A stretch of DNA of 64,000 bases from an uncultured Phycisphaerales bacterium (GCA_963755915.1 CAVWLP010000002.1:1440001-1504000), one strand, 5' to 3'. Shown: positions 18,256 to 29,974, counted from the first letter of the stretch. Made by a program: numbers and translations. The notes: generated by a model not told the origin, from the sequence alone.

Positions 18256-19626
18256 ATGACACTGCTTATCGTGGTTCTGGCCCTCGCGGCCTACTTCTTC
18301 ACCCCCGACATAATTACCGCCTTCAACACCGTCAGCACCGACGACGCCTACGTCAACGGCCACGTAACCTTCGTAGCCGCCAGAGTCCCCGGGCAAGTCG
18401 TCAGCGTCCTTGTCGACGACAACTACCGCGTAAAAAAGGGCGACCTTCTCGTCCAGCTCGACAAGACCCCCTATGAGGTTCAGGTGGAGATCAAGAAGGC
18501 CGCCCTGGTACGTGCCCAGGCTGACCTCGACGCGGCAAATGCCCAGGCACGTGCCCAGGTCGGCGCCGCACGAGCCGCCCGGTTTGCCCTCCAGCATGCC
18601 ATCGAATCCGTCGATACCCAGATCGCAAATCTCCGCGCCGCCGTCGCCACCTACTACAGCAGCCAGGCGGCCCTCGACCTCGCCAAAGCAAACTTCAATC
18701 GCGCCGCGGCCCTGGAGCCTAACGGGGCTGTCAGCAAGGAAGAGCTCGACGTCCGGCGGGAAGAACTCAAGGTGGAAGCTGCCGCCGTCGACCAGTCCCT
18801 TCAACAGGTCTACGCAATCCGCGCCGGTCTTGGTCTTACTACCCAGCCGGCCCCGGGCAAGCCGTTGGATGACGTCCCACCCAACCTCGACCAGGATTTC
18901 TCCACCGTCAGACAGGACCTCGCGGCATTGGAACAGGCCGCAAGCCAATTAGGCTATCGCTTTGTTCAGTGGAACGGCACGCCCCAGGAGGTCATTGCGC
19001 AGTTCCTCAAGCTGGACGCACATGGCAATATAGACAACATCATAAGCTATCTCCTCGCCCACGCCCCGGTGATTGCACAGGCCCAGGGCAATCTCCTCCA
19101 GGCAAAAAGTGACCTCGATCAGGCCCAGTTGAACCTCAGCTATTGCGACGTCGTCAGCGACATCGACGGCGTCGTCACCGGTCGCAATGTGAACCCCGGC
19201 GACAACGTCCAGCCGGCACAAGACCTCATGGCCGTCAGATCCCTCACCGAAATCTGGATCGACGCAAATTTTAAGGAAACCCAATTGGCAGATCTGCGCA
19301 TCGGCCAGCGCGCTCGCTGCGACGTCGATATGTATGGCAGCCGCGAATCATTCGAGGGCCGAATCACCGGCTTCACCATGGGCACCGGCGAAACCCTTTC
19401 CCTCCTGCCCCCTCAGAACGCAACGGGAAACTACGTAAAGATCGTCCAGCGCCTTCCCGTCCGCATCGAACTTACCAACTATGACCCCGACAAGTCTCCC
19501 CTCTTCGTCGGTTTGTCGGTGACTCCATACGTCTATTACAAGGAAGCGCCGAGCGGCCCCCACTCCGGTGACGTCTTGCAGCCGCTGACCAATCTTCCCA
19601 CGGCCCCGACCGACCCCCAACCATAA
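18256..19626 (+). CDS. HlyD/EmrA-family efflux membrane fusion protein, 3' part
   Basis: STDDAYVNG, VKKGDLLVQLD, WIDANFKETQL and LLPPQNATGNYVKIVQRLPVRI motifs. Confidence 0.9.
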   Translation: MTLLIVVLALAAYFFTPDIITAFNTVSTDDAYVNGHVTFVAARVPGQVVSVLVDDNYRVKKGDLLVQLDKTPYEVQVEIKKAALVRAQADLDAANAQARAQVGAARAARFALQHAIESVDTQIANLRAAVATYYSSQAALDLAKANFNRAAALEPNGAVSKEELDVRREELKVEAAAVDQSLQQVYAIRAGLGLTTQPAPGKPLDDVPPNLDQDFSTVRQDLAALEQAASQLGYRFVQWNGTPQEVIAQFLKLDAHGNIDNIISYLLAHAPVIAQAQGNLLQAKSDLDQAQLNLSYCDVVSDIDGVVTGRNVNPGDNVQPAQDLMAVRSLTEIWIDANFKETQLADLRIGQRARCDVDMYGSRESFEGRITGFTMGTGETLSLLPPQNATGNYVKIVQRLPVRIELTNYDPDKSPLFVGLSVTPYVYYKEAPSGPHSGDVLQPLTNLPTAPTDPQP

Positions 19627-19661
19627 AGAGAATCAAAATCTCCCAGGTCCATGAAAGCCTC

Positions 19662-21278
19662 ATGAGCACTATCACACTCCAGCTTCCATCGGCCACGGTC
19701 GGCCGGCGAACCATCAACCCCTGGTTCATCGCGGTCGCGGTCGTCATCCCCACCTTTATGGAGATATTGGACACCACGATTGCCAACGTCGCCCTTCGCT
19801 ACATCGCCGGCGGGCTTTCCGCCGCTGTCATCGATAGCGACTGGGTCATCACCAGCTACCTCGCTGCAAATGCCTTCATACTTCCCATCACCGGCTGGCT
19901 TTCCGCGCGCTTCGGACGCAAAAATTACTTTTTGCTCTCCATCTTTGTCTTCACCGCCGCCTCCGCGATGTGCGGCTTCGCAACCAGCCTGAATCAGTTG
20001 ATCCTCTTTCGAATCCTCCAGGGCATGGCCGGCGGCGGTCTCCAGCCCTCCAGTCAGTCCATCCTCCTCGACACCTTTCCCCCGGAAAAGCAGGGCGCGG
20101 CTCAGACCATGTTCGGCGTCGCCGCTCTTCTGGCGCCCATCGTTGGTCCAACCCTCGGCGGCTGGCTGGTCGTCAACTATGATTGGCGATGGATCTTCTA
20201 CGTAAACGTACCCATGGGGATCATCGGCCTGCTCGCCTGCTACGCCCTGCTTGAGGATCCCGAGTATCTCAAAACAGAACGTGCCGAACTCAAGAAAAAA
20301 CCACTTAACCTCGACGGCATTGGTCTCGGGCTGCTTGCTCTGATGATGGCCTCCTGGGAAATCCTTCTCAGCAAGGGGCAGGAGTGGGATTGGCTTGGCG
20401 ATCCGTTCTGGCGGATACAGACGCTCCTCATTGTCTTCGTGCTGGCCCTGGGCTTCCTCCTCTTGCGGGAATTGACCTTTGCCCACCCCGTCGTCAACTT
20501 TCGTGTCCTGAAGGACCGAAACTTCGCCGCCTGCTGCATCATTATCTTTTGCGTCTACGTCGTGCTTTACCAGTCGAGCGTGGCGTTACCTTCACTGCTC
20601 CAGTCTCTGTTTGGCTATGACGCCTATATTTCCGGACTGGTCATGTCGCCGGCCGGATTTTTCGCCATCATCATGATGGTCGTCATCGGCGCCCTCCTCG
20701 GCCACCGCTTCGATGCGCGCTGGCTCATCGCCATAGGCTTGCTTTCGGTCGCAACGGCAAGTTACTGGATGTCGATCATGAACCTGCAAATCAGCCCCTG
20801 GCAGGTGGTCTGGCCACGGGTGCTTCTGGTCCTGGGCCTTTCAATGATCTTCGCCCCGCTCAATGTCGCCGCTTATATTTACATCCCCAAACAACTTCGC
20901 GGGGCCGCCGTCGGGCTGATGGCCCTTCTCCGCAACGAAGGCGGCAGCTTCGGGACCTCCATGTCCCAGACCATCCAGGAACGCAGTCTCCAATTCCACC
21001 TCTCTCGCCTGGGCGAATGGCTTGGCCCGCTTAACTATCACGTCAACTCCTTCCTCCAGCAGGGACAATTGGTCTTCGCACATCAAACCAGCGACGCGGT
21101 CGGCGCCGCCCACCTCGCCCTCCAGTCACTCGACAACCTCCGCCAGCAGCAGGCGTCCTCACTCGCGTACTTCGACGTTTTCTGGTCCGCTGCCGTATTG
21201 GCCTCGGCGCTCGTATTGCTCGTCCTGATCATGAGGCGCTCCGTCGCCGAAAAGGGAGCGCATGTAGGCGGGGAGTGA
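19662..21278 (+). CDS. DHA2-family MFS efflux permease (EmrB/QacA)
   Basis: MEILDTTIANVAL, WVITSYL, GPTLGGW and WRWIFYVNVP motifs. Confidence 0.93.
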   Translation: MSTITLQLPSATVGRRTINPWFIAVAVVIPTFMEILDTTIANVALRYIAGGLSAAVIDSDWVITSYLAANAFILPITGWLSARFGRKNYFLLSIFVFTAASAMCGFATSLNQLILFRILQGMAGGGLQPSSQSILLDTFPPEKQGAAQTMFGVAALLAPIVGPTLGGWLVVNYDWRWIFYVNVPMGIIGLLACYALLEDPEYLKTERAELKKKPLNLDGIGLGLLALMMASWEILLSKGQEWDWLGDPFWRIQTLLIVFVLALGFLLLRELTFAHPVVNFRVLKDRNFAACCIIIFCVYVVLYQSSVALPSLLQSLFGYDAYISGLVMSPAGFFAIIMMVVIGALLGHRFDARWLIAIGLLSVATASYWMSIMNLQISPWQVVWPRVLLVLGLSMIFAPLNVAAYIYIPKQLRGAAVGLMALLRNEGGSFGTSMSQTIQERSLQFHLSRLGEWLGPLNYHVNSFLQQGQLVFAHQTSDAVGAAHLALQSLDNLRQQQASSLAYFDVFWSAAVLASALVLLVLIMRRSVAEKGAHVGGE

Positions 21279-21505
21279 ATCTCTCCGAACGCCCACGGAC
21301 TTCGGCGAGCTCAGTCGAGCCGCGCTGCCGTGGGGTATTTCCAAATTCGCCCTGAGCGGCCCTGCCTGAATTCCGCAACGGACATGATTCCCCAAGCCTT
21401 GCAACACTCTTGCTTGAAAAATAAACAATAAAGAAAGAAGAGGCCGCGTATGCCGCAGCCTCTTCAAACGCATATTAAATGATTTTCGCGTCAGCTCAGT
21501 CAGCT

Positions 21506-22021
21506 TCAGCGCAATGCGCGCCGACGCCGCGCCAGTAGCGCGATCCCGCCGATCGCCAGCCCTGAAAGGCTCGCCGGTTCCGGCACCGAAATCGTCACGT
21601 CGCTCAGAGTCGCATACTCGCCGTTGGCGTACGTCGTCCCCGTCCCGCCCGTTTGAATCGACCCATTGAACGCATCCGGGAAATTCAAATCGAAGTTCAA
21701 GCCCGGCTGATTGAAGATATAATTCGTCGGGTTCGTATTGGCCACCGGCCCCGTATTGATCGTCTCACCCCCCACAAACGCGAACGGATCGGTCCCCGAC
21801 GTCGTGGTAACCGTAACCGGCCCGACCACGGTCAGAAAGTCCACGTTCTGGTCGTAGGTGCCGTTCACCTCAAAGCTGAACGTTCCCGAACCGGTCGGCT
21901 GAGTCAGCGTGATGTCGTAATCACCACTCACCGTGTAAATAGACGCATAAGCCCCCGAAACCAGAGATCCGACCACCACACCGGCGGCCAATGCAAGCGT
22001 ACGAATAGACACTTTCAACAT
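21506..22021 (-). CDS. PEP-CTERM sorting domain protein
   Basis: Signal peptide; C-terminal VPEPASLSGLAIGGIALLARRRR. Confidence 0.9.
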   Translation of the reverse strand: MLKVSIRTLALAAGVVVGSLVSGAYASIYTVSGDYDITLTQPTGSGTFSFEVNGTYDQNVDFLTVVGPVTVTTTSGTDPFAFVGGETINTGPVANTNPTNYIFNQPGLNFDLNFPDAFNGSIQTGGTGTTYANGEYATLSDVTISVPEPASLSGLAIGGIALLARRRRALR

Positions 22022-22466
22022 GTTTCTTCCCTTCAAAAATAAAAAAGTAACTACGAATCAACGGGAGGTGAACATCACTACCCCGGCTGAGAATTTGAAC
22101 CTATCAAAGTAAGCACCCCGCCACAACTCAATAAATCTCGTAATCATAGCTTTTACAAAAATTTATGCTTTCCTGATGAAGACAAAATGACGCAGAGAAG
22201 GAAGGCCATTGTCGTCTTTCACCCAAGAAAATGACCCCACGCAAATTACGGGTGCCAGGAACCGACTGACAATAAAAGTCTTCATAGGCAGGCCACGAAT
22301 CTCGTCAGAAAACGGGCCGGCCCACCTGAATCGCAAAATCCCAACAAATCGAACACATTTTCGCCCCTTCGCGGCTCCGGCCACCCAATCATCCCCAACC
22401 CCTTACCTCATCAACACATACGGCAACCAGATAAGCTAGCATCCACTAATAAAAATCCAAAAAGTG

Positions 22467-23990
22467 CAATAGTGTCCGGAACGCAGGCTCACAAATAACA
22501 CAATCTTGCGCCTTGCGCGAAGCAGCGTTTTGTGGTTCACTGCCGCCACGTGCACGCGGACCTTTGCCCAGCTTCTGGATTGCCCGCCAAGCCGGGACGA
22601 AAGCCGCGGCCGGCGGTGCGGGGGGAGGATTTGTTCGGCGGCAAGTACGTCGGTATTTTGCAGGATCATCTGGCCCGCCTGCGGGCGGCGCATCCCCACC
22701 CCAATCGCACGCTTTTTTATGACGATGTGACCCTTGCCTATCTGCTGGCGTTTTTCACGCCGGCGATTCGCAGCCTGCGGACGATGGAGGATTTCAGCCA
22801 GACCGAGCAGATGCAGGAGCAGCTTTCGGTCGATCGCCTGCCGCGTTCCACGCTTTCCGATGCCAACGCCCTGTTCGATCCGACGCTGCTGGAGCCGATC
22901 ATCGAGGAGTTGCGGGCGCGGCTGCCGCACCTGCGTCACGGCGATCCGAAGCTGGCGGAGTTGACCGAGCGGGTACGGGTGGTGGATGGGTCGCTGTTCA
23001 CCGTTGCCGCCGACGTGGCCTGGGCGCTGCATCAAAGTCGACCCAACGGAAAGCCCATGGACACGATTCGCCTGAATCTTCAATGGGCGGCGGGCGTGGG
23101 GGTTCCCGAGGGAGTGACGATCAGCGGCGCGGGATGCTCCGAGGCGCAGGCGCTGATGCAGTCCCTGGAGCCGGGACAGATTTACGTCATGGACCGCGGC
23201 TACGTCTGTTTCGAGCTGCTGGAGCGGATCGTACATGCCTGCAGCGATTTTGTGCTCCGGCTCAAGTCAAACAACTATTTCATTCCCATCGAAAACAATG
23301 ACTTGACCCCCAAGTCCCTGCCGCTGAGCGATGAAGACCGCGCTGCCGGCATTCTCAGCGACCGGATCGGATACCTGGGCTCAGAAGGGCCACGCTTTGC
23401 TCCTCCGGCGGGAAAATGGCTTCGGGAAGTGACGATCTTCGACCCGGACAAACCCGACAGGCCCCTGCGGCTGCTGACCAATCTTCTTAACATTCCCGCC
23501 CATGTCATCGGTCTGCTCTACCGCTGGCGATAGAAGATCGAGCTGTTTTTCCGCTGGCTGAAAGTGCACGCCCACTTCCGCCATCTCACCAGCCACAGCA
23601 AAAACGGCGTCACCACCGGGTTCTACATCGCGGTCATCGGGGTGCTGTTGATCTATCTGCACACGCAGCGTCCGGTGAGCAAATATGCCTACGCGATGCT
23701 GAGCCTGGTCGCCGCGGGAGGGGCCACGTTGCAAGAGATTATTCCCATCCTGCAGCGCCGAGAACGGGAATGCGAGCTGCAGCGTCAGCGTGTGGCACGG
23801 AAGAAGGCTGAAAAAATCGTCAAGTAAGTCACCGGGGGTTTTTGTTGTCCGGCCGCCGGTGAACGCCGCGGCATGCGCTGCAGGAGCAGCGCTGAACCTT
23901 CCACGCCGTTGCCCATCGAGGCAACGCAGCCTTTCGAGTGAAAACCCGAAAAATCCCAGCTCTAAGACGCGGAAGTCCCGGACAATATTG
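22467..23990 (+). mobile_element. IS4-family insertion sequence, copy 2
   Basis: Same IRs as copy 1; 9-bp target duplication CAAAAAGTG at 22458-66 and 23991-99. Confidence 0.95.
22580..23827 (+). CDS. IS4-family transposase with in-frame TAG at 23531-23533 (start uncertain)
   Basis: Same protein as copy 1; frame continues past TAG to TAA at 23827. Confidence 0.85.
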
Positions 23991-24059
23991 CAAAAAGTGT
24001 TCAATTCTGTTCAATTCTGTCCAATCCCCCATATACTCCCCCCCTTTTATGGAGAAAAA

Positions 24060-25275
24060 ATGGCAAACACCGACCCCAAAAAAATTGTTCTCGCCTACAG
24101 CGGCGGCCTCGATACTTCCGTCATCCTCCCCTGGCTCAAAGACCGCTATCCCGGCGTAAAACTGGTCGCCTTCGCCGCCGAGCTCGGACAGGGCGACGAA
24201 CTCAAAGATATCGAAGACAAAGCCCGCAAAAGCGGAGCCGATGAGGTCATCATCAAAGACCTCCGCAGAGAGTTCGCCGAGGAATTCTGCTTTCCCATGC
24301 TCCGCGCCCACGCCATCTACGAAAACGATTATCTCCTCGGCACCAGCATCGCCCGCCCGATCATCGCCCAGCACCAGGTCGAAGCCGCCCGCCAAACCGG
24401 GGCGGATGCCGTGGCCCACGGCGCCACCTCCAAGGGCAACGACCAGGTCCGCTTCGAGCTGACCTACATGTCCCTCGCCCCCGACCTGAAAATCATCGCC
24501 CCCTGGAAAGACCCCAACTTCGGCCTGCGCGACCGCGAAAGCGCCATCGACTACGCGAACAAAAAGGGCGTCCCCGTCGATCAGAGCAAGAAGAAAATCT
24601 ACAGCCGGGACCGAAATCTCTGGCACATCAGCCACGAAGGCGCCGACCTTGAATCCCCCGCCAACGAGCCGAAGGACGACCTCTGGCTCATCTCCGTCCC
24701 CGTCTCCAAAGCCCCCAACGAACCCGCGTATGTCACCATCGACTTCGAGCGCGGAAACCCAATCGCCCTCAACGGCAAAAAAATGCCCGGCCACGAGCTG
24801 ATCGCCGCCCTGAACGAAGCCGGCGGAAAACACGCCGTCGGCCAGACCCAGCTCGCCGAAAACCGCCTGGTCGGAATGAAATCCCGCGGCGCCTACGAAA
24901 CCCCCGGCGGCACAATCCTCTACGAAGCTCACAAAGCCCTCGAGCAAATCTGCATCGAGCGCGACACCTTCCATTTCAAGCAGCAGGTCGCGTTGCGATA
25001 TGCCGAGCTGGTCTATTACGGCCAGTGGTTCCACCCGCTGCGCGAAGCGCTTGCAGTCGTTCGTCGATCACACGCAGGGCTCCGTAAGCGGGCAGGCAAA
25101 GGTAAAGCTCTTCAAAGGCCGCGCGACCGCCGCCGGAGTAACCAGCCCGCACAGCTTGTACGATCCCCAGCTAGCAAGCTTCAGCATGGAAGGCTACGAC
25201 GTGACCGCGGCCCGCGGATTCATCGATCTCTTCGGCCTCCCGATGAAGGTGGCCCAGCAGGCGAAGAGATGGTGA
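24060..25275 (+). CDS. argG: Argininosuccinate synthase (one apparent frameshift ~25055)
   Basis: LAYSGGLDTS, YLLGTSIARP, GNDQVRFE and SRGAYETPG motifs. Confidence 0.95.
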
Positions 25276-25384
25276 GAAGAGATTGCCGAATACCGATTGC
25301 CAAATGCCGAATAATTTTGAGCTAAAGCGTTGAGGCCCGAGTTTTTTTGGGGAGTGATCAGTTAATCGCTGGTATCATTCCTCC

Positions 25385-26768
25385 ATGGATTTGTTCGCCG
25401 ATTCCCGCAAAAAGAACCTCGCCCGCGTCGCCCCCCTCGCCGTGCGCATGCGGCCGCGAATCCTCGACGAATTCGTCGGCCAGCACCATTTCCTCGGCGA
25501 AGGAAAGCTCCTGCGGCGGATGCTGGAAGCGGATCGCCTGACGAGCGTCATCTTCTACGGACCTCCAGGAACCGGCAAAACGACGCTGGCCCAGCTCATC
25601 GCCATCTACACCAAAAGCGAATTCGTCGAAGTCAACGCGGCAGGCGTCGGGGTAAAAGAAGTCCGCACAATCCTGGAATCGGCTAAGGAAAGACTCGGGG
25701 CCGGCGGAAAACGAACCGTCCTATTTCTCGACGAAATTCATCGCTTCAATCGCGCCCAGCAGGATATTCTCCTCTCCGATGTCGAGGCGGGCTTGATTCT
25801 GCTCGTCGGGGCGACCACCGAGAATCCGTTCTTTGCGGTGAATTCGCCGCTGGTCTGCCGCAGCCAGATTTTCCAATTCTGCGCCGCTGGGGGAAGCAGA
25901 GATATCCGCTTTGATCGAGCGAGCAATCGGGGACAAGGAGCGGGGGTATGGGAAGCTTTCCATCGACATCGTCCCCGAAGCGATCGCCCTATGGGCCACA
26001 AAATCCGACGGCGATGCCCGCCGGGCGCTGATGGCGCTGGAAGTGGCGGTCCTCTCCCAGCAGAAGGAGGGAAAAAACAATCAAACGATCGAGATCGATC
26101 TGGACGTCGCAGAGCAATCCATCCAGCAGAAGGCGATCGTTTACGACGGCACCGGCGACGAGCATTACGATGCGGCCAGCGCCCTGATCAAAAGCATGCG
26201 TGGCTCCGATCCGGACGCGGCGGTTTACTGGCTGGCGCGAATGCTGGAGGCGGGCGAAGACCCGCGGTTCATTGCCCGGCGGGTGGCCATTTTGGCCTCC
26301 GAAGACATCGGCAATGCCGATCCCCATGCCATCACCGTCGCGGCGGCGGCGTTTGATATCGTGGAAAAAATCGGGATGCCGGAGGCACAGCTCACCCTTT
26401 CCCAGGCGGTAATTTACATGGCGACCGCGCCTAAATCGAACGCGTCCGCTTTGGCAATCTGGGAAGCCGCCAAAGATGTGAAAGAGGGGCGAACCCTGCC
26501 CGTCCCAAAACATCTGCGGGATTCACATTACTACGGGGCCAAACGCCTCGGTCACGGCGAGGGGTATCAATACGCCCATAATTTTCCCGGCGGAATTGTC
26601 GAACAGGACTATCTCGGCGTCGATAGAATATACTATAATCCGACGAATCGGGGCTACGAAGCGGAGATCGGGAAACGCCTGCAGCGCCAAACCGAGACGG
26701 GCGCCGCGGAGGCAGAGGCCGGTAAGCCGGCCGAAGACGACCCCGAGGATCAGGTGGCCGAGAAGTAG
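25385..26768 (+). CDS. rarA: Replication-associated recombination protein A (frameshift ~25880)
   Basis: PLAVRMRP, GPPGTGKTT, DEIHRFN, GATTENP, KSMRGSDPDAA and ASEDIGNADP motifs. Confidence 0.93.
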
Positions 26769-26785
26769 TTTTTTTTGAGGGCACG

Positions 26786-27383
26786 ATGGGAGAGTCGGTC
26801 GAAAAATCGACCATACGCCACCAGCTTCGCGAGAAGGTGGCGGCGATGCACCGAAGAGCAGCGGCACGCCAAGAGTATCACCGCGACGTCGTTTCTCACC
26901 GCCAGTCCGGAGTTTGCCGCCGCCCGCATCGTCATGCTCTATCTCACCGCCGGGCACGAGCTCGACACGGCGACTCTGGCGCTGAAATGCTGGCAATCGG
27001 GAAAAACCGTGGTCGTCCCCAAGGTAAGCTGGGATCAGCGGCGAATGCTCCCCGTGGAAATCTCCAGCTTGCAGACGCACATGACGGAAACCGGCCCGGG
27101 CGTGCGCGAGCCGGTTAGCGGGCAGCCGATGCCCGTCAACATGATCGACCTGGTCATCGTTCCGGGGATTGGTTTCTCGGCAGATGGCCATCGCATCGGT
27201 CGGGGGATGGGGTTCTACGACCGGTTCCTGGCATTGCCGGAGTTCATCGGTGTTTCGTGCGGGATGGGGTTTGAGGAACAGGTTGTGCCGCAGCTTCCGG
27301 TGCTTGACCATGACATGTCGCTGAGTATGCTGTGTACGGATCGCGGGATTCGGCGTTTCGCCACCAACTGCATCAGCCAGTGA
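26786..27383 (+). CDS. 5-formyltetrahydrofolate cyclo-ligase (frameshift ~26850)
   Basis: IDLVIVPGIGF..RIGRGMGFYDRFL..HD. Confidence 0.88.
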
Positions 27384-27418
27384 GCCCCGCGCTTTAGATC
27401 GAAGAAAAATTTGAGAAC

Positions 27419-28535
27419 ATGGAGGTTCTCATGTCCCGTCAGTCACGTCGTCTCAGTCGTCTTTTAGTAGTTGTATTACTTTTAAGCTTTTCCGCCGCGG
27501 CGTTGTCGTTCATCTACAAGATGAATCGCCAGCCCAGTGAGCCCGCCGCGCCGGTTCCGCCAACGCTGACGGCCTCGGTGTCGCCTCTGCCCGCGCCGGC
27601 AACGCAGCCGGCGGCGCAGATCTCCGGCGCCGGCCTGGCGCCGATGATCGACCAGTCCCCAGCTATGCCGGCTGCGGCGCAAACGCCACCGGTTTCACCC
27701 GCCGCGCCGGCCACGCAGCCCGCCGCTTTTAGCGCGCCGCCGGATGTGACCGTCGCCACGCAGTCGGTCTCATCGCTTCTGGCCAATGCCCAGTCGGAGA
27801 TCGACAACGGCCAGTTCCTCCAGGCCCGCGGCGAATTAAACGACGCGCTGCAGAGCGGCACGCTCGATCCGAGCGCAGTGCGATTCCGTGAAAAAGCTCC
27901 TCAGCCAGATCAGCCAGGTGGTCGTCTTCAGCCCCCGGCGGTTTCCGGATGATCTGTACGGCGGCGTCTACGTCGTCCAGCCCGGCGACAGCCTCGCCAA
28001 AATCGCCAACGCGCACGACTGCACGTGGGAGCTGCTGAGCCGGATCAACGGCATCGAGCCGAAGCATCTTCGCGCCGGTGCCTCGATCAAGGTCGTCGAA
28101 GGCCCCTTCTTCGCGGTGGTTGAAAAGCAGAAGTTCACCATCAATCTCTATCTCGGCGGATTGCCTGGCGAAAAAAGCTGCATGTTCGTCACCAGCTATC
28201 CTGTCGGGCTGGGGCAGGATGATTCGACGCCGGTTGGCACCTGGATGATCGAACCGCACCGCAAACTCAAGCATCCCACCTACTACAGCCCGCGCGGCGA
28301 AGGCGTTATCGCCGCCGACGATCCGAAAAATCCGCTGGGTGGATATTGGATCGGACTCACCGGCACCGAGGGACAGGCGGTGGGAAAAATGTCCTACGGC
28401 ATCCACGGCACCATCGACCCCAACAGCATCGGCAAACAATCGAGCATGGGGTGCATCCGGCTGCGGGCGGATGACATCGCGATGGTTTACGACATGATGG
28501 TCGAGGGGAAGAGTACGGTGGTGGTGAAAGAGTAG
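27419..28535 (+). CDS. LysM-domain L,D-transpeptidase family protein (frameshift ~27885)
   Basis: YVVQPGDSLAKIA; NPLGGYWIGL..YGIHGT..SMGCIRL. Confidence 0.88.
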
Positions 28536-28556
28536 ATTGACCAACGAAAGCCAGGG

Positions 28557-28925
28557 TTAACCGGCCTTGGGGAGCACCTGAACTTGTGCTCGCGCTTGGC
28601 GTTTGGGGCGAATCGTTACATCGATGTCCTGCCCGAGTCGGTTGAGAAATCGAAACAGCCGGTCGATTGAGAATTCCGAAAGCCGCCCCCTCATGAGATT
28701 GGAAACGCGCGCGCGATCGGTATGCAGGAGTTTCGCGGCCTGGGTTTGCGACAGGCCGAGCTGCTGAATGAGATTGTGAATCTGATAGGCCAGTTCAACC
28801 TTCGCAAATGCCTCATCGGCGTCGCCTCGGCGGAGATCCGCGAAGATATTGGTGGAGCCAACAAATACCTCGGTATTGGCCTTCGCTCGATGTCTTTTGT
28901 TGGTTGGAGTATCGCTCATTTTCAT
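28557..28925 (-). CDS. XRE-family HTH antitoxin (HigA-like)
   Basis: GSTNIFADL..LSQTQAAKLL..VSNLMRGRLSEFSIDRL. Confidence 0.85.
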   Translation of the reverse strand: MKMSDTPTNKRHRAKANTEVFVGSTNIFADLRRGDADEAFAKVELAYQIHNLIQQLGLSQTQAAKLLHTDRARVSNLMRGRLSEFSIDRLFRFLNRLGQDIDVTIRPKRQARAQVQVLPKAG

Positions 28926-29278
28926 CTTTGCCTACTATGGGTTTCGGCCTGCGCAGCCGCCGTTTGATCAGCTCAATGTCGCTCTTGGGCGTCGTTATTC
29001 CTTTTTTGGATTTCTTCTGAAAAACGTGCAAAACGTAAACTGCTCCCGCAATTTTCACGGTATAGACACCTCGATAAGTTCCGCTGCTATCGTCCACAAC
29101 GATTTCCAGTATCCCTGCCCCACCGAATCCTTTGAGGACTTTTGCAGACTGGTGGCGCTGGTTTCTCTGCGAAATATAACGCATAGCCGATTTCATCTTG
29201 CACCGAACTTGGCATCCGACGTAGATCATCGCGCGACGAGCCGATCCACACCACCGGCTTAAGACCGGGTTCGGACAT
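28922..29278 (-). CDS. RelE/ParE (Gp49-like, HigB-type) toxin (apparent frameshifts)
   Basis: KPVVWIGSSRDDL; GTYRGVYTVK..VYVLHVFQKKSK; ATGA coupling to antitoxin. Confidence 0.82.
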
Positions 29279-29313
29279 TGTGCTAATACTAGCACAAGCG
29301 GGCATCCATTCAA
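29278..29313 (-). promoter_or_regulatory. Probable leaderless TA promoter with palindromic operator
   Basis: TTGAAT-N16-TAGTAT-N7-ATG; TTGTGCTA-N4-TAGCACAA overlaps the -10 box and start codon. Confidence 0.6.
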
Positions 29314-29435
29314 GAGCGGCAGTTGATTCCGCGGCGCACTATACAGATTATGGAGCGCGGCAATCGAGATTCCCCTCTCGCGGTAACCTGCCGGCGGGGG
29401 AAATCCCGATAATGCTCCCATAACGAGATTCCGCC

Positions 29436-29890
29436 TTGTCCCCGCAAACCTACCTTTTCCTCCTGCTCATCATTTTGCTCGGGATGCTCCTGGCAGGGGG
29501 TCTCGCCCAATTTCGGCGCCGGCGGAAGCTCCGTGCCTGCGCAAAGCGATGGAACATGCACTTCGCCGCTGGCGATCGGCTTCGCCTGGCCCGGCGGATC
29601 GTTTCGCAATTTCCTGTTCCCGGCGCAGCCAACATCGGTGTGCGCGATCTGCTCTTCCGCACCGGCGATAACCAGCACCACTATGTCTTCACGGTCGATT
29701 ACACCGTGGGGGTCATCCGCGGAAAAATCGGTAAATCTCGCGTGGCCGGGTTTACCGAGCCGGTTGTCGCCGGGGGCGGGCCGATACCCAGCAGCCGACG
29801 CTCGTCCTGGCCCCGGCAAATCTCTCCGGAGCCGCCGCCTACGAGCATCTCCTCAAAAGCCTGCATTTCTCGCAGGCTTAGCGACCGCAA
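29436..29890 (+). CDS. Hypothetical membrane-anchored protein (3' end uncertain)
   Basis: N-terminal TM helix plus basic patch; likely frameshift ~29790. Confidence 0.5.
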
Positions 29891-29974
29891 GACGCAGGCC
29901 ACGGCGCCGCTCTGGTGCAAAACCGCTTTATCCTTTTTCCCGGCCGCAGTTTGATTTACACTCCACCCGCAGCC

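Larger units (their letters stand above)
15360..18261 (-). mobile_element. IS21-family insertion sequence
   Basis: TGTCA..TGACA ends with repeated AAAACCRGCCA subterminal motifs; 6-bp target duplication CTGCTT (15354-59, 18262-67); istA and istB. Confidence 0.95.

Noticed and set aside
2775-23990. Composite transposon bounded by the two IS4 copies
   Set aside because: Each copy has its own distinct 9-bp target duplication, indicating independent insertions.
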